64,000 bases of DNA, taken from assembly GCA_012837335.1 (NCBI GenBank), contig DURM01000058.1:8279-72278 (forward strand), given 5' to 3'. This document shows positions 29,926 to 39,422 of this stretch, piece after piece. The notes under the pieces were generated by a model. It was given only the letters and a program-made list of their open reading frames with translations, was not told where the DNA came from and searched no databases. The position numbers and the translations under genes were made by a program. Every line of letters begins with the position of its first letter. Position 1 is the first letter of the stretch. This stretch comes from Bacillota bacterium (GTDB lineage: Bacteria; Bacillota; Limnochordia; Darwinibacteriales; DTU012).

Positions 29926-30890
29926 ATTTTCACACCTTTCAGACGTTCAGCCTGATCTTCTGGACTCATATCGGTAATAAAAGTACCTGCGCCCGACTCC
30001 ACACCGGCTAGGAATTTGAGCTTGGTTTCGGTGCGGTTGAAGGGGTAGAATTCAAAATGGAAATGGTACTCTGGATAATCTCCTTTGGTAGGTTTTTGGT
30101 GCAGTACCATTATGTACGGCAGCTGAAAACCGAAGAGATTATCATAGCGGGTAATCAACTCTTTTAAGACCTTGGCCAGATCCTGCTGCTCCTCATCGGT
30201 TAAATCAGTCAAGGCGCCTACATGGCGGTTGGCTAGGATATGCACTTCATATGGATAGCGAGCGTAGAAAGGTACCATGGCTGTGAAACTGTCGTTTTCA
30301 CAGACGATTCTAGCGCTGTCCTCCCGCTCTTTTTTCAGGATATCGCAGTATAAGCAGGTGCCCTTCGCATCAAAGTGCTGTTTTGCCGCAGCCAATTCCT
30401 TTTCCGGTGTGGGTGGAATAAATGGAAATGCGTAAATCTGCCCGTGGGGATGATGCAGAGTTACACCTACCGCTTCACCCCGATTTTCAAAGATGAACAC
30501 ATAGTTGATACCGGGTTTCGAGCCCAGTTCCTGGTAGCGGTCGGTCCACACCTGAATTAAGTTGTGGATGTGCTCTACCGGTGCCTCTCCCAGGGTCAGG
30601 GTATGGTTGGGTGAGTAGCAGATAACCTCACAGATTCCTTCAGCTGGCTTGACCGGATATAAATCGGAGGATTCCACATCCGGTTCCGGCGGAGGTGTTT
30701 TCAGCGAAGGAAATTTGTTTTCAAATACTACAATTTCATAGTCCTCAGCTGGAACTTCTGAGGGAAATGCGCCCGGTTTAGTAGGGCAGAGGGGGCAGAA
30801 TTCCGCCGGCGGTTTGTAAGTTCTGTCTTGGCGGTGGGTAGCAACAATCACCCACTGCTGGAGTTGAGGATTCCATCTTAGTTCTGACAT
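29922..30890 (-). CDS. galT: Galactose-1-phosphate uridylyltransferase (HIT-family GalT)
   Basis: 322 aa. CPLCP zinc motif and ..HPHGQIYA.. active-site HPH. Overlaps the galK start. Confidence 0.88.
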   Translation of the reverse strand: MSELRWNPQLQQWVIVATHRQDRTYKPPAEFCPLCPTKPGAFPSEVPAEDYEIVVFENKFPSLKTPPPEPDVESSDLYPVKPAEGICEVICYSPNHTLTLGEAPVEHIHNLIQVWTDRYQELGSKPGINYVFIFENRGEAVGVTLHHPHGQIYAFPFIPPTPEKELAAAKQHFDAKGTCLYCDILKKEREDSARIVCENDSFTAMVPFYARYPYEVHILANRHVGALTDLTDEEQQDLAKVLKELITRYDNLFGFQLPYIMVLHQKPTKGDYPEYHFHFEFYPFNRTETKLKFLAGVESGAGTFITDMSPEDQAERLKGVKI

Positions 30891-30893
30891 AGT

Positions 30894-30983
30894 TTATTTC
30901 TCCTTTTTCTTGGTAAAAGTATAGAAAATGATGTAGCGACCATCTTCTTTTTGCTTGACTGTTTTATTCATTTTCGCTTTCAC
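30894..30983 (-). CDS. Unannotated leader-like small ORF (29 aa, VKAKMNKTVKQKEDGRYIIFYTFTKKKEK) translationally coupled to galT
   Basis: GTG start with GGAGGT SD and a 6-nt spacer. Its stop lies 3 nt before the galT ATG, and its last codons (AAG GAG AAA) form the galT SD. Confidence 0.35.
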   Translation of the reverse strand: MKAKMNKTVKQKEDGRYIIFYTFTKKKEK

Positions 30984-31002
30984 GGTACGACCTCCTTAAC
31001 CA

Positions 31003-31040
31003 ATCGCATCGCTATATCGATATATCGCGATATCGTGATA
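31003..31040. promoter_or_regulatory. Operator-like array of overlapping perfect palindromes (ATATCGATAT and ATATCGCGATAT) upstream of the gal operon
   Basis: ATCGCATCGCTATATCGATATATCGCGATATCGTGATA lies 20-55 nt upstream of the small ORF/galT on the minus strand, in the galT-ddl divergent region. Confidence 0.4.
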
Positions 31041-31202
31041 ACTTTAGCTTTCTTCTACATATTAATTGATGGATCCTGCATCCAACGGTAAGTTTTAACA
31101 GGAGCCGCGGTGCTTATATCCGAATAATACTTAAGATGTTGGATTATTATACAGTAACAAACGATCCATCTGCTGTAAAAATCATCTAGGGGAGGATATT
31201 TA

Positions 31203-32288
31203 ATGTCTAAACTGCGTGTGGGGGTAATCTTTGGGGGCCGATCCGGCGAACATGAAGTCTCGCTGATGTCGGCTAAATCAATTATTTCAGCTCTAAACCC
31301 CCAAAAATATGATATCATTCCCATCGGCATTACCAAGGATGGCCGGTGGGTGCTGAATGGCGAAGCGTGCCAGCTGTTGGGCACAGCCGATCTGCCTCAG
31401 CTGAGTTTTACCAGCTTTCCTGATGACGGTGGCAATTTTCCTTTGATCCCCGATCCTAACCTTAAAAGTGATTACGTCGATGTAATTTTTCCGGTCCTGC
31501 ACGGTCCGCATGGGGAAGATGGGACTATTCAGGGGATGCTGGAGCTGGCGGATATTCCCTATGTGGGAGCCGGAGTGTTAGGTTCAGCCGTATCCATGGA
31601 TAAGGGAATTATGCGCACGGTGCTCGCCCAAGCGGAACTGCCGCTGTTAAAATGGGAGACAATTCTCCGCAGCAAATGGGAAGCCGACCCAGAACCGATT
31701 ATCAGTTTGATTGAGGCAGAAATCGGCTATCCCTGTTTTGTCAAACCGGCAAACCTCGGCTCGAGCGTGGGGATAACCAAAGCTTCTAACCGGGAGCAGT
31801 TGATTCAAGCAGTCAACTATGCCTGCGAATTTGACCGCCGAGTTGTGGTTGAAGAGGCTCTGGCTGCTCCGCGAGAAATTGAGTGCAGCGTTTTGGGCAA
31901 CGATGATCCCATCGCTTCCATTCCTGGTGAGATTATTCCCGGCAGCGAATTTTATGATTATGAAGACAAGTATATCAATGAAAAATCACAGCTGATCATT
32001 CCCGCTGAGCTTACAGCTGAGCAGGAGCAGATTATTAAGGACTATGCCATCAGAACTTTTAAAGCAGTAGACTGCGCTGGTATGGCAAGGGTGGACTTTT
32101 TCTTGGCGCGGGACGGTCAAATTTATGTCAATGAGATTAATACAATTCCCGGCTTTACCAAAATCTCCATGTATCCGAAGTTATGGGAAGCATCAGGCTT
32201 AGGCTACAGTAAACTTTTGGATCGCTTGATTGAGCTGGCCCTTGAGCGTTATCGAGATCGCAAGCGCCGGCGTGTTTCAGTTTTTTAG
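31203..32288 (+). CDS. ddl: D-alanine--D-alanine ligase
   Basis: 361 aa. MSKLRVGVIFGGRSGEHEVSLMSAKSI.., ATP-grasp. Confidence 0.9.
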   Translation: MSKLRVGVIFGGRSGEHEVSLMSAKSIISALNPQKYDIIPIGITKDGRWVLNGEACQLLGTADLPQLSFTSFPDDGGNFPLIPDPNLKSDYVDVIFPVLHGPHGEDGTIQGMLELADIPYVGAGVLGSAVSMDKGIMRTVLAQAELPLLKWETILRSKWEADPEPIISLIEAEIGYPCFVKPANLGSSVGITKASNREQLIQAVNYACEFDRRVVVEEALAAPREIECSVLGNDDPIASIPGEIIPGSEFYDYEDKYINEKSQLIIPAELTAEQEQIIKDYAIRTFKAVDCAGMARVDFFLARDGQIYVNEINTIPGFTKISMYPKLWEASGLGYSKLLDRLIELALERYRDRKRRRVSVF

Positions 32289-33292
32289 TTTTTTACAGAC
32301 CAGTTATACACTGGAAAGAGAAGATTCCAGAGCTGATACTGCCAGGGGCGGTAAACTAAATCAAACTCACCTAAATATGTGTAAGGTTCTACTGGGAAGC
32401 TGAACAGACGAGTGTCACCGCTCGTCTGTTTTGTTGTCAGCAGGGTATCCATGATCTCATAGTTCTTATAACCGGCAGCGGCGGCCCATTCCATAATGGC
32501 AAGGTGCAGAAATGATTCCGGATACAAACCAAGATGCCGCTGGCGATAAACTGTGTAAAGGCTGTAGCAGGTGGGACCGAAGCTGACCAGCAGACTGGCG
32601 CCGATTACATAGTTTTTCTGCCTGACCAGAAATAAATGCACACCGAACTCTTCCATCAGCTGCCACATCCGCAGGTAATAGTCGAAAGCCCTAACCTTTA
32701 CATCAGTAAGTTCTCCGTATTCCAACAGCAGCGCGTAAAAAAGCTTTAGTTTTTCCATGGATGTGGAGTGTTCAACCGTCAATTTATTGAGCTTTCCCAT
32801 ACTTTTAATTAAAGTAATATGGGATTTGTTTTGGTACGGCAGGTGGATCCGGTAAACTTGGGCTAGCTGCAGACTTTTTTGGGGTTTTCCGCCCCAGATC
32901 TGTTTAAAGCCCTTTTCAACCAATCTTGTTTTGGCCTTTCCCGCGATTTTGGGCAGTGCCGGGTCTATTTTAAGAAAAACCGCATTAGTAGTGTCAGCAA
33001 TTCCTGCGATTTTATCAAGGAGGAAATCCAGCAGCTGACTGCTGTCAAAATGCATCACCGGTCCCCGGGGGGCGTACAAAAATGTGTAATTATTGAACAG
33101 CTGGTGATTGAGAAGAGACACGGATGCTGTAATTAGACTGCGGCTGCGGATTAGCAGGCGGATTGGCTGCCATCCATAGAAGCGTTTGAATTCTCCCCAG
33201 GCGGAGGACTGAAATAGGTGGCCGTAGGGATGGGAAATAATGTAGTGATCGTATTCGCGATTTCTATTTTCGATAATCTCGCAGGTAAACAT
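32285..33292 (-). CDS. FemAB-family peptidoglycan aminoacyltransferase (interpeptide bridge formation)
   Basis: 335 aa. FemAB/GNAT-like fold signatures. Overlaps the ddl stop and convergent with it. Peptidoglycan context. Confidence 0.55.
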   Translation of the reverse strand: MFTCEIIENRNREYDHYIISHPYGHLFQSSAWGEFKRFYGWQPIRLLIRSRSLITASVSLLNHQLFNNYTFLYAPRGPVMHFDSSQLLDFLLDKIAGIADTTNAVFLKIDPALPKIAGKAKTRLVEKGFKQIWGGKPQKSLQLAQVYRIHLPYQNKSHITLIKSMGKLNKLTVEHSTSMEKLKLFYALLLEYGELTDVKVRAFDYYLRMWQLMEEFGVHLFLVRQKNYVIGASLLVSFGPTCYSLYTVYRQRHLGLYPESFLHLAIMEWAAAAGYKNYEIMDTLLTTKQTSGDTRLFSFPVEPYTYLGEFDLVYRPWQYQLWNLLFPVYNWSVKN

Positions 33293-33372
33293 TGCATAAC
33301 CTCCCTCCCATATAGTATGTAACAGGAATTAAACCGAACAATGTTGTATTTAAGTAGGCAGGAGGATTCACC

Positions 33373-35250
33373 ATGCAGATAATCAATCTTACAAAATATT
33401 ATGCAGATCAGCTGATCTTCGCGCAGGTTTCAGCTGTAGTAAATAAAGGTGAGCAAATCGGTTTAGTCGGAGCTAACGGCACAGGAAAAACTACCCTGCT
33501 GCGCATTATTTCTGGTGAAGTACTCCAAGACGAAGGTGAGTTAATTAAACCGCAGAACTACCGCATCGGTTATCTTAAGCAGATGCTGCCTGAAACAGAA
33601 CTTAGTGTACTGGAGTATCTAAAAGAGGCTTATGCTGAGCTGCTATCGGTTCAAGACCAGATGCGCCGCTTGGAGCAGGAATTAGCTTTTCCGGAAGTCT
33701 ATGAGAATCCTGAGCTTCTGGATACAAAAATGCAGCAGTACGCTGAAATTCAGCAGCAGTGGGAAACTTTAGGCGGCTATACTTATCAGGCGCAGATCAA
33801 CAGCACAGTTTTGGGTTTAGGCCTCCGCCTTGATGATTTAGAAAAACCGCTCACTGCATTAAGCGGTGGGGAGCGGGTCAGGGCGCAGTTGGCCAGGCTG
33901 CTTCTGGAAGCCCCGGATCTGCTTCTTTTGGATGAGCCTTCCAACCATCTTGATCTGGATGCGCTGGAGTGGCTGGAGGATTTTCTCCAGAGTTATCCCA
34001 ACGCAGTAATAATTGCCTCTCACGACCGCTACTTTCTTGACCGTTTTGCCAATAAGATTTGGGAACTTTCGGATCACACTCTGTATCAATACCGGGGTGG
34101 TTTTTCCGCTTATCAGGTTATGCGCCAGCAGCGATTGGAGCAGACACAGCAGCAGGCTGAAAAGCAGCAGGAAGAAATCGCTAAGATTGAGGCGTTTATT
34201 CGGAAGTTCGGCGCGGGAACCCGCGCATCCCAGGCTAAGAGCCTGGCCAAAAAGCTGGAGAAAATGGAGCCTGTTTCGGTCAGCAGTGAGCCCCAGAGCA
34301 TCGAATTTCAATTTCGTCCCCAGCGCCAAACCGGTGTAAAAGTAGTGAATTTCGACGAAATTTATAAGAAATATGATAAAGTAGTCTTGGATCATGTCAG
34401 CGGCGAGATCCGCCGGGGAGACCGGATTGCCCTTTTGGGAGCGAATGGTTCAGGTAAGTCCACGCTTTTAAAGATTCTTGCCGGCCGCCTTGACTATTCC
34501 GGTACAATTGAGTGGGGTGCCAATATCGATCTGGGCTATTTTGACCAGCACTTGGAATTGGAACACAACCAGACTGTCCTGGACGAGCTGTATTTGACCT
34601 ATGATTTGGATTATGGGCAGCTCCGCAATATTTTGGCGCGATTCTTATTTACCGGGGATCAAGTTTTTCAATCAGTTCAGGTTCTCAGCGGCGGTGAGCG
34701 CAACCGTCTGCTGCTGGCTAAGTTATTTCTTGCTGCTCCAAACGTTATGCTTTTGGACGAGCCTACCAACCATTTAGATATTTATGCCCGGGAAGCGCTT
34801 GAATCCGCCCTCAGCGAATACACCGGCACGATGCTATTTGTTACCCATGACAGGTATTTAGTCGATCTGCTCGCTACCAGGCTGTGGATTCTGGAGAATG
34901 GTAAGATCACCGAGTTTGCAGGTAATTACTCGCAGTACCGTGAATACTTAAGAGCCGAACAGCAGCAGAGGACCAAAGAAAAAAAAGAAAAGGCTAAACC
35001 TCAAACTGCTGCGCAGCCCAGCCATCGCAAACTGAATCAGGAACGAGAGCGGATTGAAGCAGAGATTTTCCGCTGCGAGCAGGAAAAATCTGAATTAGAA
35101 GCAAGAATGGCGGATCCGGAATTCTACCAAGATCCTGATGAGGTTAAACGAGTGAATCAAATTTACCAAAAACTAACAACTGAGCTGGAGGATTATTATC
35201 AACAGTGGGAACAGCTTGTTGATACTATCCAAATAAAGGATGATGAATAA
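33373..35250 (+). CDS. ABC-F family ATPase (tandem ABC domains, no TMD; translation-associated)
   Basis: 625 aa. Two Walker A sites (GANGTGKTT, GANGSGKST), two LSGGE signatures, inter-domain linker and C-terminal coiled-coil arm. Confidence 0.85.
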   Translation: MQIINLTKYYADQLIFAQVSAVVNKGEQIGLVGANGTGKTTLLRIISGEVLQDEGELIKPQNYRIGYLKQMLPETELSVLEYLKEAYAELLSVQDQMRRLEQELAFPEVYENPELLDTKMQQYAEIQQQWETLGGYTYQAQINSTVLGLGLRLDDLEKPLTALSGGERVRAQLARLLLEAPDLLLLDEPSNHLDLDALEWLEDFLQSYPNAVIIASHDRYFLDRFANKIWELSDHTLYQYRGGFSAYQVMRQQRLEQTQQQAEKQQEEIAKIEAFIRKFGAGTRASQAKSLAKKLEKMEPVSVSSEPQSIEFQFRPQRQTGVKVVNFDEIYKKYDKVVLDHVSGEIRRGDRIALLGANGSGKSTLLKILAGRLDYSGTIEWGANIDLGYFDQHLELEHNQTVLDELYLTYDLDYGQLRNILARFLFTGDQVFQSVQVLSGGERNRLLLAKLFLAAPNVMLLDEPTNHLDIYAREALESALSEYTGTMLFVTHDRYLVDLLATRLWILENGKITEFAGNYSQYREYLRAEQQQRTKEKKEKAKPQTAAQPSHRKLNQERERIEAEIFRCEQEKSELEARMADPEFYQDPDEVKRVNQIYQKLTTELEDYYQQWEQLVDTIQIKDDE

Positions 35251-35921
35251 TGTCTGACAGGCATTCGGAAGGCATTGTGATTAAAGGGTTAGAGAAGCTG
35301 CCGCTTCAAATACCGGTGGAACTTTTGATTGCCCAGAAAACTCTGGGTATTACTGCAGTGATGGTGTGGATCAATATGGCTATGTTTGTACAGCAGAACC
35401 AGCCGGTAAATATTGCTTTAATCAGCGAAGCAATGGACATCACAAAAACAGATGTTAACAAGGCTTTAGCCCGCTTAGCGGACTATGGCTGGATCAATGA
35501 TGAGGGGTATGAGATTAAACTCTGTATTCCAGAGTCCAAACCGGCTGAGCCCGATGTTGAACTGCTGGACCCTCAGCAGAGAGGCTTTGAGTGGCTGATT
35601 AATTTCTGGACAAACAAAGTGGGAGCACCCAGTCCGGAAGAAATGCAGACGCTTTTGTTCTGGGTAGAAACAAAGCAGGTTTCCCATGATGTGGTGGCGG
35701 TGGCAGTAGAAGAGATGTGCTCTGCTACCGATAACCCCAATATGGGTTACCTGGAAGGAATACTGCGCAATTGGACTATGGAAGGTGTTTATACCTATCA
35801 GCAGCTGCTGGACAAACCTTATCTAGCAAGAGTGCTGCAGCAAGCGCAAACCAAGGCGCAAATTCACCCCGAAGCCGAGCGCAAGTGGAAGGAGTTATTC
35901 CCAGATGAGTTCGATTCCTAA
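35250..35921 (+). CDS. DnaD-domain replication initiation/helicase-loading protein (N-terminal winged-helix + C-terminal DnaD/DnaB_2-like domain)
   Basis: 223 aa. C-terminal ..NPNMGYLEGILRNWTMEGVYT.. is the DnaD-like (DDBH2) motif. The ATG overlaps the ABC-F stop (TAATG). Confidence 0.6.
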   Translation: MSDRHSEGIVIKGLEKLPLQIPVELLIAQKTLGITAVMVWINMAMFVQQNQPVNIALISEAMDITKTDVNKALARLADYGWINDEGYEIKLCIPESKPAEPDVELLDPQQRGFEWLINFWTNKVGAPSPEEMQTLLFWVETKQVSHDVVAVAVEEMCSATDNPNMGYLEGILRNWTMEGVYTYQQLLDKPYLARVLQQAQTKAQIHPEAERKWKELFPDEFDS

Positions 35922-37284
35922 AACAGTACAGACCCTGCCCATAGACATTGAGGCGGAAAAGCGGGTCTTAGGCATTTTAATTAAATATCCGCAGGAAATA
36001 GACTATATTATTGAAAGACTGCGCCCGGAGCATTTTTACTATCCTGAGCACCGCAAGATTTACGAAGTAATTCTTAATTTATACACTCAAGCGGGGCGGA
36101 TTTCCTATACTCAGATCTACAGTGAACTGCGAAAAAGCAAAGCCTTTGCCAATCCTGCGCAGGTACTGATGGGCTTAACTGAATCGATTGTAGCAATCAG
36201 CGAGCTGCAGCCCAGCGTAGAGCTGATTTTATACAAAGCCGGGCTGAGGAGGATTTTAGAAGCAGCTCATACCATCGAAAGTATGGTAGCCAAGGAGGAA
36301 GGTCAGGATCTTTCTGAGATTCAAGCCACAGCCCAAGAGCTGATCTTTGCTGCTACCGAAAGCCATCTAGAAGGAGAATCAGATGCAAAGTCCCTCCTAG
36401 AGGTATTAAACAAATGCTATGTAAAGCTGATTGAGAGGCGTCAGGGCTTAGACAGTGCCTATGGGCTGTCGGTGCGTTTTCCGTCGGTGGACGCCATGAC
36501 AACTGGATTCAAGAAAAAGGACTTGATTATTCTGGCTGCTCGACCCAGTATGGGTAAAACAGCTTTTGCCCTGAATATGGTTGTTAATGTGGCTAAGCGC
36601 AATATTCCAGTCTTGATCTTCAGCTTAGAGATGGATGATGAGCAGATCGGTGACCGGATCGTATTATCCGAGTTCTTCAGCTATAAAGATCAGGGTGATG
36701 TTGAGATTACCTCAGCTGAGTATCAGACAAAATTAAGTGATGAGCAGTTTGCTCTGGCGCAGAGCGTCTTTAACGAGCTGTACCAGCTGCCCATTACTAT
36801 TGTAGATAAAAGGGGCTTATCATGCGCGGAAATTCGGGCTAAAGCCCGGAAAGTCAAAGCTAATCAGCCTGATTTAGGTCTGATCGTCATCGACTACCTG
36901 CAGTTGATTAAACCGCCATCCGGTTCATCGGGTCGCACCTGGTCTTTAATCGTGGGCGAAATCGTGCGGGAACTGCGGGATTTAGCCGGAGAACTGGATG
37001 TGCCGATCATTCTCATTTCGCAGCTGAATCGCTCGGTGGAGAGCCGGGATAACAAGCGTCCGATGATGTCGGATCTGCGGGATTCGGGAAATATTGAGGA
37101 ATTTGCGGACGTAGTCATGTTCCTCTATCGGGATGATTACTACAACCCGGAGCGGGCTGAAGCCGAAGGCACCAAGGGTGAGGTGGAGATTATTTTCGCC
37201 AAGCAGAGGAAAGGGCCGACCGGAACGGTGAAGTTGAAGTTTATCAAAGAATACACGCGTTTTATTGATGAATTTGTCCAATAG
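35905..37284 (+). CDS. dnaB: DnaB-family replicative DNA helicase
   Basis: 459 aa. N-terminal ..IEAEKRVLGIL.., Walker A AARPSMGKTAFALN, ..IDYLQLI.., ..DSGNIEEFADVVMFLYRDDYY... Overlaps the DnaD-like gene by 17 nt. Confidence 0.88.
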   Translation: MSSIPKTVQTLPIDIEAEKRVLGILIKYPQEIDYIIERLRPEHFYYPEHRKIYEVILNLYTQAGRISYTQIYSELRKSKAFANPAQVLMGLTESIVAISELQPSVELILYKAGLRRILEAAHTIESMVAKEEGQDLSEIQATAQELIFAATESHLEGESDAKSLLEVLNKCYVKLIERRQGLDSAYGLSVRFPSVDAMTTGFKKKDLIILAARPSMGKTAFALNMVVNVAKRNIPVLIFSLEMDDEQIGDRIVLSEFFSYKDQGDVEITSAEYQTKLSDEQFALAQSVFNELYQLPITIVDKRGLSCAEIRAKARKVKANQPDLGLIVIDYLQLIKPPSGSSGRTWSLIVGEIVRELRDLAGELDVPIILISQLNRSVESRDNKRPMMSDLRDSGNIEEFADVVMFLYRDDYYNPERAEAEGTKGEVEIIFAKQRKGPTGTVKLKFIKEYTRFIDEFVQ

Positions 37285-37296
37285 GCTGGTGAAACC

Positions 37297-37527
37297 ATGG
37301 GTTTATTTGAAGACCTGGAGCGGGTTAAGCTGAGATTTATTACGGTTTGTGAAAGAATGCTCGCTGAGAATTTGATTACCGGAGAGCAGTTTGACGAGAT
37401 TTTGATCCTTTTGGATAACCTCGACGATTATGATCAACAATATATAAACCAAAAGCTGAATGAATTGACCGGCGGCAAGCTGGACTTACTGTTCTGGGAG
37501 CAGAATTCATTCTTCGACCAAAATTAG
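37297..37527 (+). CDS. Small acidic protein of unknown function (76 aa)
   Basis: ORF 12 nt after the helicase stop. Asp/Glu/Leu-rich (..LLDNLDDYDQQYINQKL..). No recognisable domain. Confidence 0.4.
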   Translation: MGLFEDLERVKLRFITVCERMLAENLITGEQFDEILILLDNLDDYDQQYINQKLNELTGGKLDLLFWEQNSFFDQN

Positions 37528-37542
37528 GGAAGGAAGTTCAGT

Positions 37543-38415
37543 GTGGATTACAGTCAGTTAACCAGCCCCCGCGCAGTAAAAAAGCTGATGCGGGATTACG
37601 AGATCCGCTTTAAGAAGCGGTTTGGTCAAAACTTTCTCGTTGACCGCAATATCTTAAATAAAATCATTGACAGCGCTGAGCTTAAGCCGGATCATTATGT
37701 GCTGGAAATCGGCACAGGGCTGGGCACCTTGACTTATGCCTTAGCAGAGCAGTGCCGCAGAGTAATTACTTTTGAGATTGACCATGATCTGGTCCAAATT
37801 TTTCGGGAGAATCAGAGCGCAGCTAATGTGCAGCTTATCGCCGGAGATGCCCTAAAGTATGATTGGCGGGAAGTGCTGTTAGAATCCGGCTGGCAGGATG
37901 AGCGGGTTAGTTTGGTTGCCAACCTGCCCTATTATCTTACTTCTCCCCTGATAATGAAAGCATTGGAGAGCGGGTTACCTTTTGAATCGATTGTGGTGAT
38001 GGTGCAGAAAGAAGTTGCTGATAGAATGCAGGCCGAGCCAGGCACTAAAGATTATGGACTGCTGACTCTCGCTGTCGGATACTACGCCGATGTTGAAATT
38101 GTCACCAAGGTGCCGCGCACAGTGTTTATACCCGCTCCCGATGTTGATTCAGCCGTGGTTAAACTGACACCACATCCTGTTCATGGGGAGGCGGATCGCA
38201 AAGCTTTATTTGCAGTAATGCGGGCGGCCTTTGCTCAAAGGCGCAAGACGCTTAAGAATAACTTGAAGGATTTAATAAAAGAGTGGGGTACCGCGCCAGA
38301 AGAATTTGACCGCATTTTAGCAGAATTGGATCTGCCCAAAGATGTGCGGGGAGAATCGCTGTCGCTTAAGCAGTTTATAGAGCTGACGCTGAAATTAACC
38401 GCAGAACATCGGTAG
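37543..38415 (+). CDS. rsmA: 16S rRNA (adenine1518/1519-N6)-dimethyltransferase RsmA/KsgA
   Basis: 290 aa. ..FGQNFLVD.. and SAM motif VLEIGTGLGTLT. GTG start. Confidence 0.9.
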   Translation: MDYSQLTSPRAVKKLMRDYEIRFKKRFGQNFLVDRNILNKIIDSAELKPDHYVLEIGTGLGTLTYALAEQCRRVITFEIDHDLVQIFRENQSAANVQLIAGDALKYDWREVLLESGWQDERVSLVANLPYYLTSPLIMKALESGLPFESIVVMVQKEVADRMQAEPGTKDYGLLTLAVGYYADVEIVTKVPRTVFIPAPDVDSAVVKLTPHPVHGEADRKALFAVMRAAFAQRRKTLKNNLKDLIKEWGTAPEEFDRILAELDLPKDVRGESLSLKQFIELTLKLTAEHR

Positions 38416-38456
38416 TGCTTTCCTATTTCCTCATCAGGAAGGCACTACTTTTTTTG
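38416..38456 (+). terminator. Rho-independent terminator after rsmA
   Basis: GTGCTTTCC...GGAAGGCAC stem followed by TACTTTTTTT. Confidence 0.7.
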
Positions 38457-38470
38457 TGATTTCATACACT
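38444..38470 (+). promoter_or_regulatory. Candidate sigma-K-type promoter of yabG
   Basis: AC - 17 nt - CATACACT resembles the SigK consensus (AC ... CATA---TA). B. subtilis yabG is SigK-dependent. Confidence 0.35.
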
Positions 38471-38493
38471 GAGGATAAGGCGGAGGTGACCCC

Positions 38494-39375
38494 ATGAGAA
38501 AAACTAGCGTGGGTGATATGGTCACTCGACGGTCTTATGGTGAAGATATTGTTTTTTATGTCAGGCGGATTTTAGATGCTGATCCTCCCATTGCGCAGCT
38601 GATTGGTGTTAATGTGCGGCTGGCAGCCGACAGCCCTTTAGATGATTTAATAGTCTTAGACTACCGCATGAAACCGGCAAGCCCATCGGCTGTTAAAGCT
38701 ATTATCGCCCAGATCATGCTGCAGCGAACCAAGCCGGTGCCGAGAATTGATGCTCGTCCGGAGGCGGCCAAAACAGATTATGTGGCTATTCCTGGTCGGG
38801 TTCTCCATGTCGATGGAGAAGAGCATTATCTCAACCAATGCTTGGCGCTGTACAGCAATCTGAATGTTCCTGTAATCGGCCTGCATATTCCAGAACCGGA
38901 ACAGCCTGTTAAAATCAGGTCTGTATTGGAAAAATACAATCCGGATATATTAGTTATAACAGGGCATGATGGCCTGCTGCGCAAAAACAGCAATCGCGAT
39001 TTTTTGATCAACTACCGCTCCAGCCAGTATTTCGTCGAGACTGTGAAGCAGGCCCGCCTCCACGATTCTAATCGCGACGGACTGGTGATTATTGCCGGCG
39101 CGTGCCAAAGCCATTTTGAAAGCTTGATTGAAGCCGGAGCAAATTTTGCCAGTGCGCCGGAGCGGGTGATGATTCACTGTTACGATCCGGTTTTTGTTGC
39201 GGAGAAAATTGCCTACACCCCCTTTACCCAGGTTGTCAATCTGCCGGAGCTGTTCTATGCTACGATCAGCGGCAAAGACGGTGTTGGGGGAGTAGAAACC
39301 AGGGGCAAGCTGCGCCAGGGTTTTCCCCGAATCAAATCATGGCTGCCTGTAAAATCTTATGAAAAACAGCATTAA
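38494..39375 (+). CDS. yabG: Sporulation-specific protease YabG
   Basis: 293 aa. Good YabG (peptidase U57) similarity. ksgA-yabG-veg synteny. Confidence 0.85.
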   Translation: MRKTSVGDMVTRRSYGEDIVFYVRRILDADPPIAQLIGVNVRLAADSPLDDLIVLDYRMKPASPSAVKAIIAQIMLQRTKPVPRIDARPEAAKTDYVAIPGRVLHVDGEEHYLNQCLALYSNLNVPVIGLHIPEPEQPVKIRSVLEKYNPDILVITGHDGLLRKNSNRDFLINYRSSQYFVETVKQARLHDSNRDGLVIIAGACQSHFESLIEAGANFASAPERVMIHCYDPVFVAEKIAYTPFTQVVNLPELFYATISGKDGVGGVETRGKLRQGFPRIKSWLPVKSYEKQH

Positions 39376-39422
39376 AACAGATGCAGCAGGATACGACAGC
39401 ACATTACAGGAAGGTGAGCGAA

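Noticed and set aside
33373-37527. Prophage/ICE replication module (ABC-F + DnaD-like + DnaB helicase)
   Set aside because: No integrase, recombinase, terminase, repeat boundaries or compositional shift. Neighbours on both sides are core housekeeping genes. Kept as a finding about an unusual operon rather than as a mobile element.
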